The position numbers and the translations under genes are program-made. Shown here piece by piece: positions 44,899 through 54,633 of a DNA stretch of 64,000 nt (position 1 is the stretch's first letter; each line of letters begins with the position of its first letter). The stretch spans positions 7,689 to 71,688 of the forward strand of contig DCHT01000066.1 of assembly GCA_002314885.1 (NCBI GenBank). Reading direction: 5' to 3'. The notes below the pieces were generated by a model. It saw nothing but the letters and a program-made list of their open reading frames with translations. It searched no databases and was not told the origin of the DNA. This DNA comes from Bacteroidales bacterium UBA1745. Lineage in GTDB: Bacteria; Bacteroidota; Bacteroidia; Bacteroidales; UBA932.

Positions 44899-47800
44899 AT
44901 GAAGATTTCCAGAGTCATACTTATTTTGTTGATGGCTCTGTCGTTGGTTGCCTGTTCAGGGAAGGCAATGCTGAGATGCAACTACTCTGAGGCAGATATT
45001 ACAACGACAGAGGAAGAGCACACGACGTTGGCAGGCTTCGCCGCTAGGACGAGCCTGTCAACGACGGTGCATCATAGACTGTATAGTCATTGCCTCGTTG
45101 TCACTGATGGCCAGCAGAAGGTCTGCATCATTTCGAATGATATGATGGAGATATCTCCTGATCTGTCACTGGAGATCAGAACGGCGATTGCAGAGCAGTC
45201 CGGCCTGCCGCTTGACCACATCCTTCTTCATTGTATCCATACTCATTCATCTCCAAGATGTGGTGGTTCTGCGGCTCAGCCAGGAGGAAGCAACTATTCC
45301 TTCAAGACAAGAATGGTCGAAAGGGTAGTGGCCAATGCTGTTTCGACAATTACCAATGATGGTGCTTTTGTGCCATTCAAGATGGAGATCGGTAAGGCAC
45401 AGACATCCATCAATGGCAATCGCTGCGAGAAGGACGGTCCGTGTGACCACGATGTGTATGTAGCTCGTCTGAAAGACAGAAAAGGCAAGACCATCGTGTC
45501 AATTATGAATCTTGCCTGCCATCCTGTATGTATGGGTCCAAGGAGCTATCTTATATCTTCTGACTATTCAGGAATTGCTGCTGACAGGCTGAAAAATGAG
45601 TGGGGAGGCTCTGTAATGCAGTTTACAGGTGCTGCCGGAAATATGGATCCCGTCCGTGGGCCGAAAGACTTCGAGTACGCAGAAGAATGCGGAAACTGTC
45701 TCGCTGATTCCCTTCTCAATATTGTCTTTACTCCAGTCAAACCGCAGGGAAAGCTTAGTCTCTCAACTAATGTGGCGGAACTCCCATATAGAATCAATAA
45801 GGTTACTCCCGAGGCTGTAAAGTCACACGCGGATTCTCTTGTCAAGGCTTCAACCAATTTCCCACGATTTGCTCGTGATGTTCGAGGATGGGAGGATGAG
45901 ATATTGGCAAGGTTTGAAAATGGAGAGGTCAAGAGCAAGCTTGATTTCAATATGGAAGCCGTCAATATTGATGGCATCTTGTTCTTCTTTACTCAGGGAG
46001 AATCTTTCTGTGAATATCAGCAGGCCGCAAGGGCTGCGTTCCCTGGTGAGACCATCTTCTTTGCTGGCTATACTAATGGCCAGAATTCATATTTGCCTTC
46101 TGAGCACGCTTTTGTCTTCAAGAAAGGCTATGAATACGAGATTGAGCAGATGCACGTCTATATAAAAGCTCCGTATCCTCTTTCTTCATCTATGCCTCGA
46201 ACATTCCTTGAGGGTATTAAGAAGACAATAAATATGGTGAGAGAGATACCTGCTGAATATGGAATTGTTCCTCAGCCTCGTGTCCTTGTTCCTGCTAAAG
46301 GATCGTTTCGACTGAACAGGTCGACTGGTTATGCAGTCGAGGCTGCTGACTCTCTCTTTGAGGAAGTCGCTGCCGATTTTGCACAACAGATCAAGACCGT
46401 TTCAGGAATCAGCCTGAAGTCCAATGACAAGATAGTTTTTCGTGAGATTGATGGCATTGGCCCTGAGGCATACAGACTTCTCGTAAGTCCGGATTCCATA
46501 GTCATCGAAGCAAGTTCGCCAGCGGGTGCGTATTATGCTGTCCAGAGCATTTATCAGCTTCTACCATCATCTGTGTATGGCAAGTCAAAAGCATCTGGTG
46601 TTTCTTGGACAGTTCCGTGTTGCAAGATTGAAGATGAACCTTGTTTCAGCTATCGTGGTCTTCTTCTGGATTGTGGAAGATATTTCTATGAAAAGGAAGA
46701 TGTGATGGATTTCATAGATGCGATGGCAATGCACAAGCTCAATATGTTCCATTGGCACCTTACTGAGGATCAGGGCTGGAGAATCGAAATCAAGCAGTAT
46801 CCGAGACTTACTGAAGTAGGTGCTTGGCGAAGTGAAACTGCTGGATATAAGGGTGAAGGAGATGGCAAACCTCACGGTGGCTTCTATACCCAGGATGATA
46901 TCCGTGAAATCGTTGAGTATGCTCGTCACAGACACGTGACAGTTGTTCCGGAAATCGAACTTCCTGGTCATTCAAGTGCTGCTATTGCTGCATATCCATA
47001 TCTTTCTTGTACTCCTGACGAGCCTAAGGAAGTTGCTACCAGATGGGGAGTCAAGGAGGATGTTTACATTCCGTCGCCTGGCACTGTGAAATTCCTTGAG
47101 GACGTTTTCTCTGAGGTGTTGGAACTTTTCCCTTCGGAATACTACCACTTTGGTGGAGATGAGTGTCCTAAGACTGCTTGGAGGAATAGTGATTATTGTA
47201 GGAGATTTGCCAAGGAGAATGGCCTCTCAAGTGTTGACGATATTCAGGACTGGTTTACAAGCCATTTCGCAGCATATTTGAAGGAACACGGAAAGACCGT
47301 CATAGGGTGGGACGAGATTCTTGATGGCCCATCAGCGCAGGAAGCCGTTGCCATATCCTATCGTGGCCATGCTCCTGCTTCAAGAGCGATCCGCAGAGGT
47401 ATTAAATGCATTCTTGCACCTAACAGATGGGCATATCTGGACAACCCCCAGACTGAGCTTGAAAACAATGGTGACTACCATATCTTCATGCCTCTCAGCA
47501 AGGTCTATAGTTACTACCCACAAGTTGATTCTCTTGTTGACCTGAGCCGTAAATACATCATCGGTTTTGAGGGGTGCGTATGGGGTGAACATATTCCGGA
47601 TTATGACAGGGTGGAATATATGACCTGGCCTCGTGCTGCAGCAATTGCTGAAAACGCTTGGACTGCAGTGGAGAACAAGAATTGGGATTCATTCCGCTGC
47701 CGTATGCTCAAGGATTTCTCGAGACTTGATGCTGAGGAAGTTGGCTATTGCAAGTCCTTCTGGGATGTAATCTACAGATATGATAATAGAAATGGTTATC

Positions 47801-47991
47801 CAAGGTCAGTCGTGATGGAATGTAACTGTCCAGGAACATCCATACATTATACAGTGGACGGTTCAGAACCTCTTATTACTTCTTCTGTTGCCACTGAAGC
47901 GATAGCTGTTGGCAAGGATGTCGAAGTACGGGCCCGTGCTTTTGACAAAGACGGCCGTCCTATAGGTACAACAAGCGTAAAAGTATTCTAG
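44899..47991 (+). CDS. Fusion lipoprotein: neutral-ceramidase-like amidase domain plus GH20 beta-N-acetylhexosaminidase
   Basis: N-terminal ~450 aa: LAGFAAR, HTHSSP, NLACHP, SSDY, GAAGN, GYTNG..YLP, GYE. From ~46258: IVPQP, YRG.LLD, FHWHLTEDQGWR, PEIELPGH, HFGGDE, GWDE, WPR; C-terminal YTVDGSEP domain. Confidence 0.9.
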   Translation: MKISRVILILLMALSLVACSGKAMLRCNYSEADITTTEEEHTTLAGFAARTSLSTTVHHRLYSHCLVVTDGQQKVCIISNDMMEISPDLSLEIRTAIAEQSGLPLDHILLHCIHTHSSPRCGGSAAQPGGSNYSFKTRMVERVVANAVSTITNDGAFVPFKMEIGKAQTSINGNRCEKDGPCDHDVYVARLKDRKGKTIVSIMNLACHPVCMGPRSYLISSDYSGIAADRLKNEWGGSVMQFTGAAGNMDPVRGPKDFEYAEECGNCLADSLLNIVFTPVKPQGKLSLSTNVAELPYRINKVTPEAVKSHADSLVKASTNFPRFARDVRGWEDEILARFENGEVKSKLDFNMEAVNIDGILFFFTQGESFCEYQQAARAAFPGETIFFAGYTNGQNSYLPSEHAFVFKKGYEYEIEQMHVYIKAPYPLSSSMPRTFLEGIKKTINMVREIPAEYGIVPQPRVLVPAKGSFRLNRSTGYAVEAADSLFEEVAADFAQQIKTVSGISLKSNDKIVFREIDGIGPEAYRLLVSPDSIVIEASSPAGAYYAVQSIYQLLPSSVYGKSKASGVSWTVPCCKIEDEPCFSYRGLLLDCGRYFYEKEDVMDFIDAMAMHKLNMFHWHLTEDQGWRIEIKQYPRLTEVGAWRSETAGYKGEGDGKPHGGFYTQDDIREIVEYARHRHVTVVPEIELPGHSSAAIAAYPYLSCTPDEPKEVATRWGVKEDVYIPSPGTVKFLEDVFSEVLELFPSEYYHFGGDECPKTAWRNSDYCRRFAKENGLSSVDDIQDWFTSHFAAYLKEHGKTVIGWDEILDGPSAQEAVAISYRGHAPASRAIRRGIKCILAPNRWAYLDNPQTELENNGDYHIFMPLSKVYSYYPQVDSLVDLSRKYIIGFEGCVWGEHIPDYDRVEYMTWPRAAAIAENAWTAVENKNWDSFRCRMLKDFSRLDAEEVGYCKSFWDVIYRYDNRNGYPRSVVMECNCPGTSIHYTVDGSEPLITSSVATEAIAVGKDVEVRARAFDKDGRPIGTTSVKVF

Positions 47992-47992
47992 G

Positions 47993-49831
47993 ATGAAAAG
48001 ATTTTCGGTTTTCATAGTTGTTTTGCTGTCAATCCTTGCTTCTTGTGCGAGAAGACAAGAAGCAGGAATTGTCAGTGTTATTCCTGAGCCTCAGCATTTG
48101 GAACTGCAATCAGGCAGTTTTCAGGTGAATCCAAGGACTATGATTGTCATTCCTGAAATGAATGACGAGACGAGACGTATTGCAGCATTCCTGAATGAGA
48201 GATTCTCTGCTGCAGCTGGCTTTGAGATGAAAGTCACTGATGAGATGACAAGCGAACCGGCGATTTTTTTCATGAACTCCGGATTGGCTCATGAGGAATA
48301 TGCAATCGTTGTTGAACCTAAGAGAATAGTCGTTGAATATGGTGACGGCGCTGGTGCTTTCTATGCCGTTCAGACGCTGCTTCAGCTTCTTCCTTCTCAG
48401 ATATATTCTTCTGATAGGGTTCGAGGCATCAAATGGACTCTCCCGTGCTGTTCTATCGAGGACAAGCCTCGATTCAAATATAGAGGAATGCATCTCGATG
48501 TATGCCTTCACTTCTTTGATATGGATTTCCTGAAGAGATACATTGACTTGATGGCGATGCATAAGGTGAATGTGTTCCACTGGCACCTAACTGAAGATCA
48601 GGGATGGAGACTCGAAATCAAGAAATATCCTCTTCTAACCGAAAAAGGCCAATGGCGTAAGGAAACTGTCATTGGAACTCTTGCATCCGGTTACTATGAT
48701 GGCAAGCCTCACGGTGGATTCTATTCTCAGGATGAAGTTAGAGAACTTGTCCAATATGCTGCAGAGCGCTATGTCACAATCGTTCCTGAAATAGAAATGC
48801 CAGGTCATGCTCTCGCTGCAATCGCTTGCTATCCTGAGCTTTCCTGCGGTCTTGAGGATACTTATGAGACGGCAACGAAGTGGGGAGTGTTCAAGCAGGT
48901 ATACTGCCCTAAGGACGAGACTTTCAAATTCCTTGAAGATGTCTTTGATGAAGTCTTCGAATTGTTCCCAAGCAAGCTTGTACACGTTGGCGGCGACGAA
49001 TGCCCAAAGGCTTCCTGGAAGAAGTGCGAGCATTGTCAGAAGCTCATCAAGGATCTTGGGCTGAAGGATGAATTTGAACTTCAGAGCTGGTTTATTACCC
49101 GTATGGAAAAATATATCAACTCAAAGGGACACGAAATCATTGGTTGGGATGAAATTCTCCAAGGTGGTCTTGCTCCAAATGCCAAGGTTATGAGTTGGCT
49201 TGGTGAGGAAGGCGGAATCAAAGCTGCGAAACAGCATCACGAGGTGGTGATGGCTCCATACCCTAAGTACTATCTTGATTACTGGCAGGCAGATCCTGAG
49301 TCTGAACCTCTTGCAATGGGCGGACCTACAACGCTTAGGACAATGTATGAATATAATCCTGTTCCTGAGGTACTTACGCCTGAAGAGCAGAAATATATCA
49401 TAGGTGTCGAGGGGTGCGTATGGACTGAATATATGCCAACCCCTGCAAGAGTTGAGTATATGGCTTATCCTCGTATGGCTGCTATTGCTGAAGCTGGTTG
49501 GACAAACGAGGAACGTAAGAACTGGGAGGGCTTTGCTTGTCGTCTTGAGACTCAGTTCGCTCGTTATGATGAGATTGACCTTGACTATTGCAAGGCTTTC
49601 TATAATCCGTTCATAGAACTCCACAAGGATGGACCTTATGACAAGATCGTCACTATCTCAGTGGATGTTCCTGGGGCAGAAATCAGATATACGGTTGACG
49701 GTACTGAGCCAAGCATCAATTCCGCATTATATGAGCTTCCGTTTGTGTTGACGCCTCAGCAAGTAGTCAAGGCATCGGCTTTCCGTAATGGAAAACAGGT
49801 CGGCAAAACAATGTATAAAACCTATAAATAA
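47993..49831 (+). CDS. GH20 beta-N-acetylhexosaminidase, lipoprotein
   Basis: Lipobox LASC, FHWHLTEDQGWR, PEIEMPGH, HVGGDE, YLDY, WTEY, YPR. Confidence 0.96.
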   Translation: MKRFSVFIVVLLSILASCARRQEAGIVSVIPEPQHLELQSGSFQVNPRTMIVIPEMNDETRRIAAFLNERFSAAAGFEMKVTDEMTSEPAIFFMNSGLAHEEYAIVVEPKRIVVEYGDGAGAFYAVQTLLQLLPSQIYSSDRVRGIKWTLPCCSIEDKPRFKYRGMHLDVCLHFFDMDFLKRYIDLMAMHKVNVFHWHLTEDQGWRLEIKKYPLLTEKGQWRKETVIGTLASGYYDGKPHGGFYSQDEVRELVQYAAERYVTIVPEIEMPGHALAAIACYPELSCGLEDTYETATKWGVFKQVYCPKDETFKFLEDVFDEVFELFPSKLVHVGGDECPKASWKKCEHCQKLIKDLGLKDEFELQSWFITRMEKYINSKGHEIIGWDEILQGGLAPNAKVMSWLGEEGGIKAAKQHHEVVMAPYPKYYLDYWQADPESEPLAMGGPTTLRTMYEYNPVPEVLTPEEQKYIIGVEGCVWTEYMPTPARVEYMAYPRMAAIAEAGWTNEERKNWEGFACRLETQFARYDEIDLDYCKAFYNPFIELHKDGPYDKIVTISVDVPGAEIRYTVDGTEPSINSALYELPFVLTPQQVVKASAFRNGKQVGKTMYKTYK

Positions 49832-49837
49832 AAGAAT

Positions 49838-50665
49838 ATGGCATTAAGAGTTACAGAACAGCCATCTCTCTATCACGATATGGAGAAGAAGACTGTCGCG
49901 GAGATTCTTCGCGAAATCAATGAGGAGGACAAGAAGGTTACCCTTGCTATCCAGCAGGTGCTTCCAGACATCGAAAAGCTCGTGACAGCAATTGAAAACA
50001 AGCTGCGCGAAGGCGGACGTATGTTCTATCTGGGAGCTGGAACAGGAGGAAAACTTGGAGTCCTCGACGTTCTTGAGGTACCGAACACTTACGGTGTGGA
50101 TCCTGAGTGCTGGCAGGCAGTTCTTGCAGGCGGAGTTGAAAACCTCGTCCTTGACCTCGAAGAGGCAGAGGATGATGTTGACGAAGGCTGGAGAACCCTC
50201 GTTGATAAGCATCACATCACATCCAAGGATATCGTAGTCGGTATTTCGGCCAGTGGTAATACTCCTTATGTCCTCGCTGCTCTCAAGGCTTGTCGCGAGC
50301 ACGGAGTTCCTACAGGTTCATTCGTCAACAACCCTCAGTCTCCAATATCTGATTATTCAGATTATCCAGTGGAGATTGTGATGGGACCGGAGTACATCAC
50401 CGGCAGTACCCGTATGAAGAGCGGTACATCCCAGAAGCTTATGTGTGATATGATCAGTACTGCTGTAATGATTCGTCTCGGAAGAGTTGAGGACAACAGG
50501 ATGGTCAATGCCAATCTCATCAACAACAAGGTCATCGATCGTCTTACTCGTACTATGGTCGAAAGAAATCCTTCGCTCAGTTATGACGTGTGTCAGGCTG
50601 CAATCGTCAAATGCGGAGGACTCAAGAAAGCGGAAGCTTACCTTGCAGAAAACGGAACTATTTAA
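49838..50665 (+). CDS. murQ: N-acetylmuramic acid 6-phosphate etherase-like SIS protein (divergent)
   Basis: GAGTGGKLGVLDVLE, EAED, GISASGNTPYV, GPEYITGSTRMKSGTSQK, MIRLG.V..N.MV. Confidence 0.85.
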   Translation: MALRVTEQPSLYHDMEKKTVAEILREINEEDKKVTLAIQQVLPDIEKLVTAIENKLREGGRMFYLGAGTGGKLGVLDVLEVPNTYGVDPECWQAVLAGGVENLVLDLEEAEDDVDEGWRTLVDKHHITSKDIVVGISASGNTPYVLAALKACREHGVPTGSFVNNPQSPISDYSDYPVEIVMGPEYITGSTRMKSGTSQKLMCDMISTAVMIRLGRVEDNRMVNANLINNKVIDRLTRTMVERNPSLSYDVCQAAIVKCGGLKKAEAYLAENGTI

Positions 50666-50690
50666 TTAACAACACTATATGTTTAATATT

Positions 50691-53624
50691 ATGAAGAAGA
50701 TCTATTCAATTATCTTAGCGGCATCCGTCCTTGCACTTGCATTGACAGGTTGTAACAAGCCGGAGCCAACTCCAGGTCCTTCAAAGGGTGAGTCTCTCAA
50801 GAGCAACGAACTCATTGAGGCTGTCTGTGAATTCTACGAGACGTGGGAAGCAACCAGGACAACTCCTGAGCAATTCACTGTCGGTACTGCAACTCTTAAT
50901 TTATCTGAGTTCCTGTATGCTGAGGCTGCGCAGCTTGTAAATCTCGCTGCTGGTAACAGTGGTGATGTAAAGTATGAAAGCTGCAAGGCTGCAACAAATC
51001 CTGATCGCGACAGTTATGACAAGACGGAAATAGATGTTAAGAATGGTCCTGCTGACGGAAAGGGTGTCAAGGAAGATATCGTTACTATAGCAGAACGTAT
51101 TATTGCAGCAGCAAAAGAAAAGAGCCAGATTCCAAACCAGACCCTTGTCTATAGAGGTTCTGACGCCCTTGCATTCAGCACAAACCGTGCTGTTGTCACA
51201 ATCGCCCGTACAATTGCTGCGTATGCTGAGACTGGCAAGCTTCCTGAGACAGTTTCTGTAGAGTACCTTGGTGCGACCACTTCACTCAAGGCTTTTGCTG
51301 AGGGTTTTGTGAAATTCCTTGATGTTTGGGAGAATAACGTTGCCGATAAGCTTAGCGCTGATGGTTCACACTGTTCTGCAAATAACAATGCTTGGGAAAG
51401 AGTTCACTACATTCCGGTACCTTATGTTGATAACGCATACAACAACAACGGCAAGGACCAGTATACTACAACCGAGTTCTATACTTTTGAGATCGAAGGC
51501 GAAACCTACACTTCAAACAAGTGCTGGGAAATTGCAATCCGTGGTCTCCTCGATCTTTGTACCTTGGAAGGAAATGATTTCCTCGCAACAATGGACGACC
51601 GTAACAAGGCATACACTCTTGGAGACGGTCTGTCACTCTATTCAGCACCTATTCGCAAGGCATCTGATGCTAACCAGTGGGGTGCATATCCTTGGTATGA
51701 GAACTCAAATGACGGTGTTGCTCCTGTTCAGAAGAACGGTGAAGCTGTAACTGAGGTTGATATCAACTTCATCCTCAAGTGTGGCTCCTGGCATGTAGTC
51801 AGAGCCTTCATCGCTGTCGGTAGCAACAATCCTCTTGGAATGATCGGTAACTACCAGCTTTTTGGTACTTCGCCTACTTCTTCTCTTGTCCTCGATGGTT
51901 ATGAGGGTCAGATTTCTCCAATGCGTGAGCTTATCATTATGGCTCGTATCTACAAGTACATCCTCAACAACAATATCACTAAGAACGTTTACTCTGCTAT
52001 CAAGGACGTGAAGTTCGAGTATGATATGTACCATCAGGAGCTTCCTATCATTGTTGAGAAGAATACACTTTCATTCGACGCACAGCCAGAGGCTGGTCAG
52101 CAGGTCAAGTTCACTGCGACTGAGAACTGGACTGCTACTCCTGTTGAATCTTGGATTCATGTAACTCCTACTTCAGGTTCTGCAGGTGAGCAGACTGTCA
52201 CTGTTACTGTTGACAACAATACTGTCAATGAGACTCGTGCCGGCTCAGTTACTCTCGCTGCTGGTGATTACTCTAAGACTGTCGAGGTATCCCAGGCTGC
52301 TTACATTGCACCTGCAACCGCTACAATCAAGGACTTTGCTAAGGAATATGTGAAACTTCTCGACGTATGGCAGAAAACGACCGGTGATGTCAAGGAATCA
52401 TATATGACTGAAGCCTACACAGGTGTTCATTACATTCCTATGGATACTAAGGTTACTGTTGCCGGTGTAGACTACAGCATTCCTCAGGTACTTGAAATTG
52501 CAATGCGTAGCTACATGCTTCTCATGGGTTATGATGGATCAAGCACTACTTCTAAGGGAGCTGGTAACTTCGCTGCTGTAACTCCAGCTACTCTCAACTC
52601 TCTCATGCCGACTATCGTTGGATACGACTATGCTAGCTGGTATATGGAGACTACAGGTAACGGTGGTCCAATCTATTACCAGGGCCAGGCAAATAAAGTT
52701 ACTCTCGGTTTGCTTGAGAACTACAGTGAAAGAAATGTGAACTTTGCTTCTAGCAATGACAACAAGTGGGCAAATGTTGCTGGTTACAACAATTCAAGAT
52801 ACACTGCAGACTTCACTGGTTGCTTCATCCCAGGCCGTGCACAGATGGCATTCCTCAACTTCTTCAAGTATATGCTTGACAACAACCTTGATTCCATTAA
52901 TTACGCTGACAACGTGGATCTCGTCGTTAATTGCACACTTTGGGGTGTAAAGGCTTATGATGATCCACTTGCACCGGCTGATCCTACAATCAAGGACTTT
53001 GCAAAAGAGTATGTAAAGCTTCTTGACGTATGGCAGGCTACTACTGGCAATGTCGAAATTTATACAGATGTCAAATACGAGAATGTTCATTACATTCCTA
53101 TGGATTCCAAGGTAACAGTCGCTGGAACTGATTACAGCGTATCACAATGCCTTGAAATTGCTATGCGCAGTTATATGCTTCTTATGGGTTATGATGGAAG
53201 CAGCACTACTTCAAAGGGCGCAGGTAACTTCGCTGCTGTAACTCCAGCTACACTTGATACTGTTATCCCAACTATTGTTGGCTACGGATTTAACTGGTGG
53301 TATATGGAAACTACTGGAAACGGTGGTCCTATCCGTTATAAGAACGAAGCCAACAAGGTAACTGTTGGTATGCTTGAGAACTACAGTGAAAGAAACGTTA
53401 ACTTTGCTTCCAGCAATGACAACAAGTGGGCAAATACCGCCGGTTACAACAATGCCAGATATACTGCTGATTTTTCTGGCTGTTTCATCCCTGGCCGTGC
53501 TCAGATGGCATTCCTTAACTTCTATAAGTATATGCTTGACAACAATCTCAATGCTATTACATTCGCAGATAATAAAGACCTTGTTGTTGCTTGTACTCTT
53601 TGGGGTGTAGAAACTTACGACTAA
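50691..53624 (+). CDS. Large surface lipoprotein with pseudomurein-binding-repeat-like arrays and a BACON domain (candidate surface glycan-binding protein)
   Basis: Lipobox LTGC; IAERIIAAAKEKSQIPN...IARTIAAYAETGKLPETVSV; BACON-like NWTA...SWIHVTPTSG...TVDNNT...R.GSVT; two near-identical C-terminal domains. Confidence 0.75.
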   Translation: MKKIYSIILAASVLALALTGCNKPEPTPGPSKGESLKSNELIEAVCEFYETWEATRTTPEQFTVGTATLNLSEFLYAEAAQLVNLAAGNSGDVKYESCKAATNPDRDSYDKTEIDVKNGPADGKGVKEDIVTIAERIIAAAKEKSQIPNQTLVYRGSDALAFSTNRAVVTIARTIAAYAETGKLPETVSVEYLGATTSLKAFAEGFVKFLDVWENNVADKLSADGSHCSANNNAWERVHYIPVPYVDNAYNNNGKDQYTTTEFYTFEIEGETYTSNKCWEIAIRGLLDLCTLEGNDFLATMDDRNKAYTLGDGLSLYSAPIRKASDANQWGAYPWYENSNDGVAPVQKNGEAVTEVDINFILKCGSWHVVRAFIAVGSNNPLGMIGNYQLFGTSPTSSLVLDGYEGQISPMRELIIMARIYKYILNNNITKNVYSAIKDVKFEYDMYHQELPIIVEKNTLSFDAQPEAGQQVKFTATENWTATPVESWIHVTPTSGSAGEQTVTVTVDNNTVNETRAGSVTLAAGDYSKTVEVSQAAYIAPATATIKDFAKEYVKLLDVWQKTTGDVKESYMTEAYTGVHYIPMDTKVTVAGVDYSIPQVLEIAMRSYMLLMGYDGSSTTSKGAGNFAAVTPATLNSLMPTIVGYDYASWYMETTGNGGPIYYQGQANKVTLGLLENYSERNVNFASSNDNKWANVAGYNNSRYTADFTGCFIPGRAQMAFLNFFKYMLDNNLDSINYADNVDLVVNCTLWGVKAYDDPLAPADPTIKDFAKEYVKLLDVWQATTGNVEIYTDVKYENVHYIPMDSKVTVAGTDYSVSQCLEIAMRSYMLLMGYDGSSTTSKGAGNFAAVTPATLDTVIPTIVGYGFNWWYMETTGNGGPIRYKNEANKVTVGMLENYSERNVNFASSNDNKWANTAGYNNARYTADFSGCFIPGRAQMAFLNFYKYMLDNNLNAITFADNKDLVVACTLWGVETYD
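52321..53612 (+). repeat. Intragenic tandem duplication with a 663-bp (221-aa) period
   Basis: CTACAATCAAGGACTTTGC starts at 52321 and 52984; both copies encode TIKDFAKEYVKLLDVWQ...ENYSERNVNFASSNDNKWAN...CTLWGV. Confidence 0.95.
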
Positions 53625-53626
53625 TT

Positions 53627-54631
53627 ATGAAATTCACGGAGCTTTTGCTTTTTGCTGCTCTGCTGGTGACAGCATGCTCAGGCAAGCCTGATTATCCTAA
53701 GGATGATCCTTCTCCAGTCCAAAAGGAGTGGAGGGAAACCTATAATGGTGATCTCTTGCTTGGGCTTGCTGGCTCCTATGACAATTGGGAGTCTACGGGA
53801 AAACTTTCAACTGTCATAAAGTGGGAGGGTGTTTCTGTATTCAATGGCGAATACCTCAGAGCCGGCATCTGTCTTTTCCTGAAGATGCAGGACAATCCTG
53901 ACTCTTGGATGGACGGGGATGTTGATTATCCTAGTGCTACAGTTGCTTTTGTGACAGATGATCCTTTCCTCCCACGAACTATACCTTTTACTATCTTGCA
54001 GAAGGCTGTCCGTCAGCAATATGATGCAATGAATAGCAAGGGCGAAGTAGAAAAGAGGTTCTATGTTGAACCATATAAGGCAGTCATTACCAATACTGCT
54101 CTCAATGTTATGCTTTGCCGCGCATTTGCATACTATAGAGATCACGGTTGCTTCCCGGAAACTATAGATTCGTGGGATGCAAGCTATATACGGTCTACTA
54201 CCAAATGTCCGGTTGATGCCGCCGAGGTCAAGGCGGCTCGTGATGAAGCATGGAAGAACGCCGGAGTAACGGAGTCATCGTCAACAAAGGAGAAAGCTGT
54301 TGCAATCTTCAATTATGGCCGGGATGTGTGGGAGTATGAAGGCTATTATAATTCTTCGAAGGGAGCAGTAGGAACAATAAAGGCAAAAGCAGGAAACTGC
54401 TGCGATATGTCCCATGCTATCGTTGCAATGGCAAGGCTCAGTGGTATTCCCGCAAGGTATTTCCACGCTCAGTGTCAATACTCCAGCGGAGTTGTCGGGC
54501 ACGTGGTTTCACAACTTATGGTAGATGATGTCTGGTTTATGGCAGATGCAACAAACAATTCAAATTCTTTTGGAGAAGTAAGATTTACTTCATATACTGG
54601 CGTAGAATATCTTGAGGATCTCCAGTGGTAA
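53627..54631 (+). CDS. Transglutaminase-like Cys protease lipoprotein with N-terminal pseudomurein-binding-repeat-like region
   Basis: Lipobox VTAC; KAVAIFNYGRD..EY..YYNS.KGAVGT..AK.GNCCD, R..GIPARY.H, GHV, W..ADAT (C258/H292/D307 from ATG 53627); upstream MLCRAFAYYRDHGCFPETI. Confidence 0.88.
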   Translation: MKFTELLLFAALLVTACSGKPDYPKDDPSPVQKEWRETYNGDLLLGLAGSYDNWESTGKLSTVIKWEGVSVFNGEYLRAGICLFLKMQDNPDSWMDGDVDYPSATVAFVTDDPFLPRTIPFTILQKAVRQQYDAMNSKGEVEKRFYVEPYKAVITNTALNVMLCRAFAYYRDHGCFPETIDSWDASYIRSTTKCPVDAAEVKAARDEAWKNAGVTESSSTKEKAVAIFNYGRDVWEYEGYYNSSKGAVGTIKAKAGNCCDMSHAIVAMARLSGIPARYFHAQCQYSSGVVGHVVSQLMVDDVWFMADATNNSNSFGEVRFTSYTGVEYLEDLQW

Positions 54632-54633
54632 TT

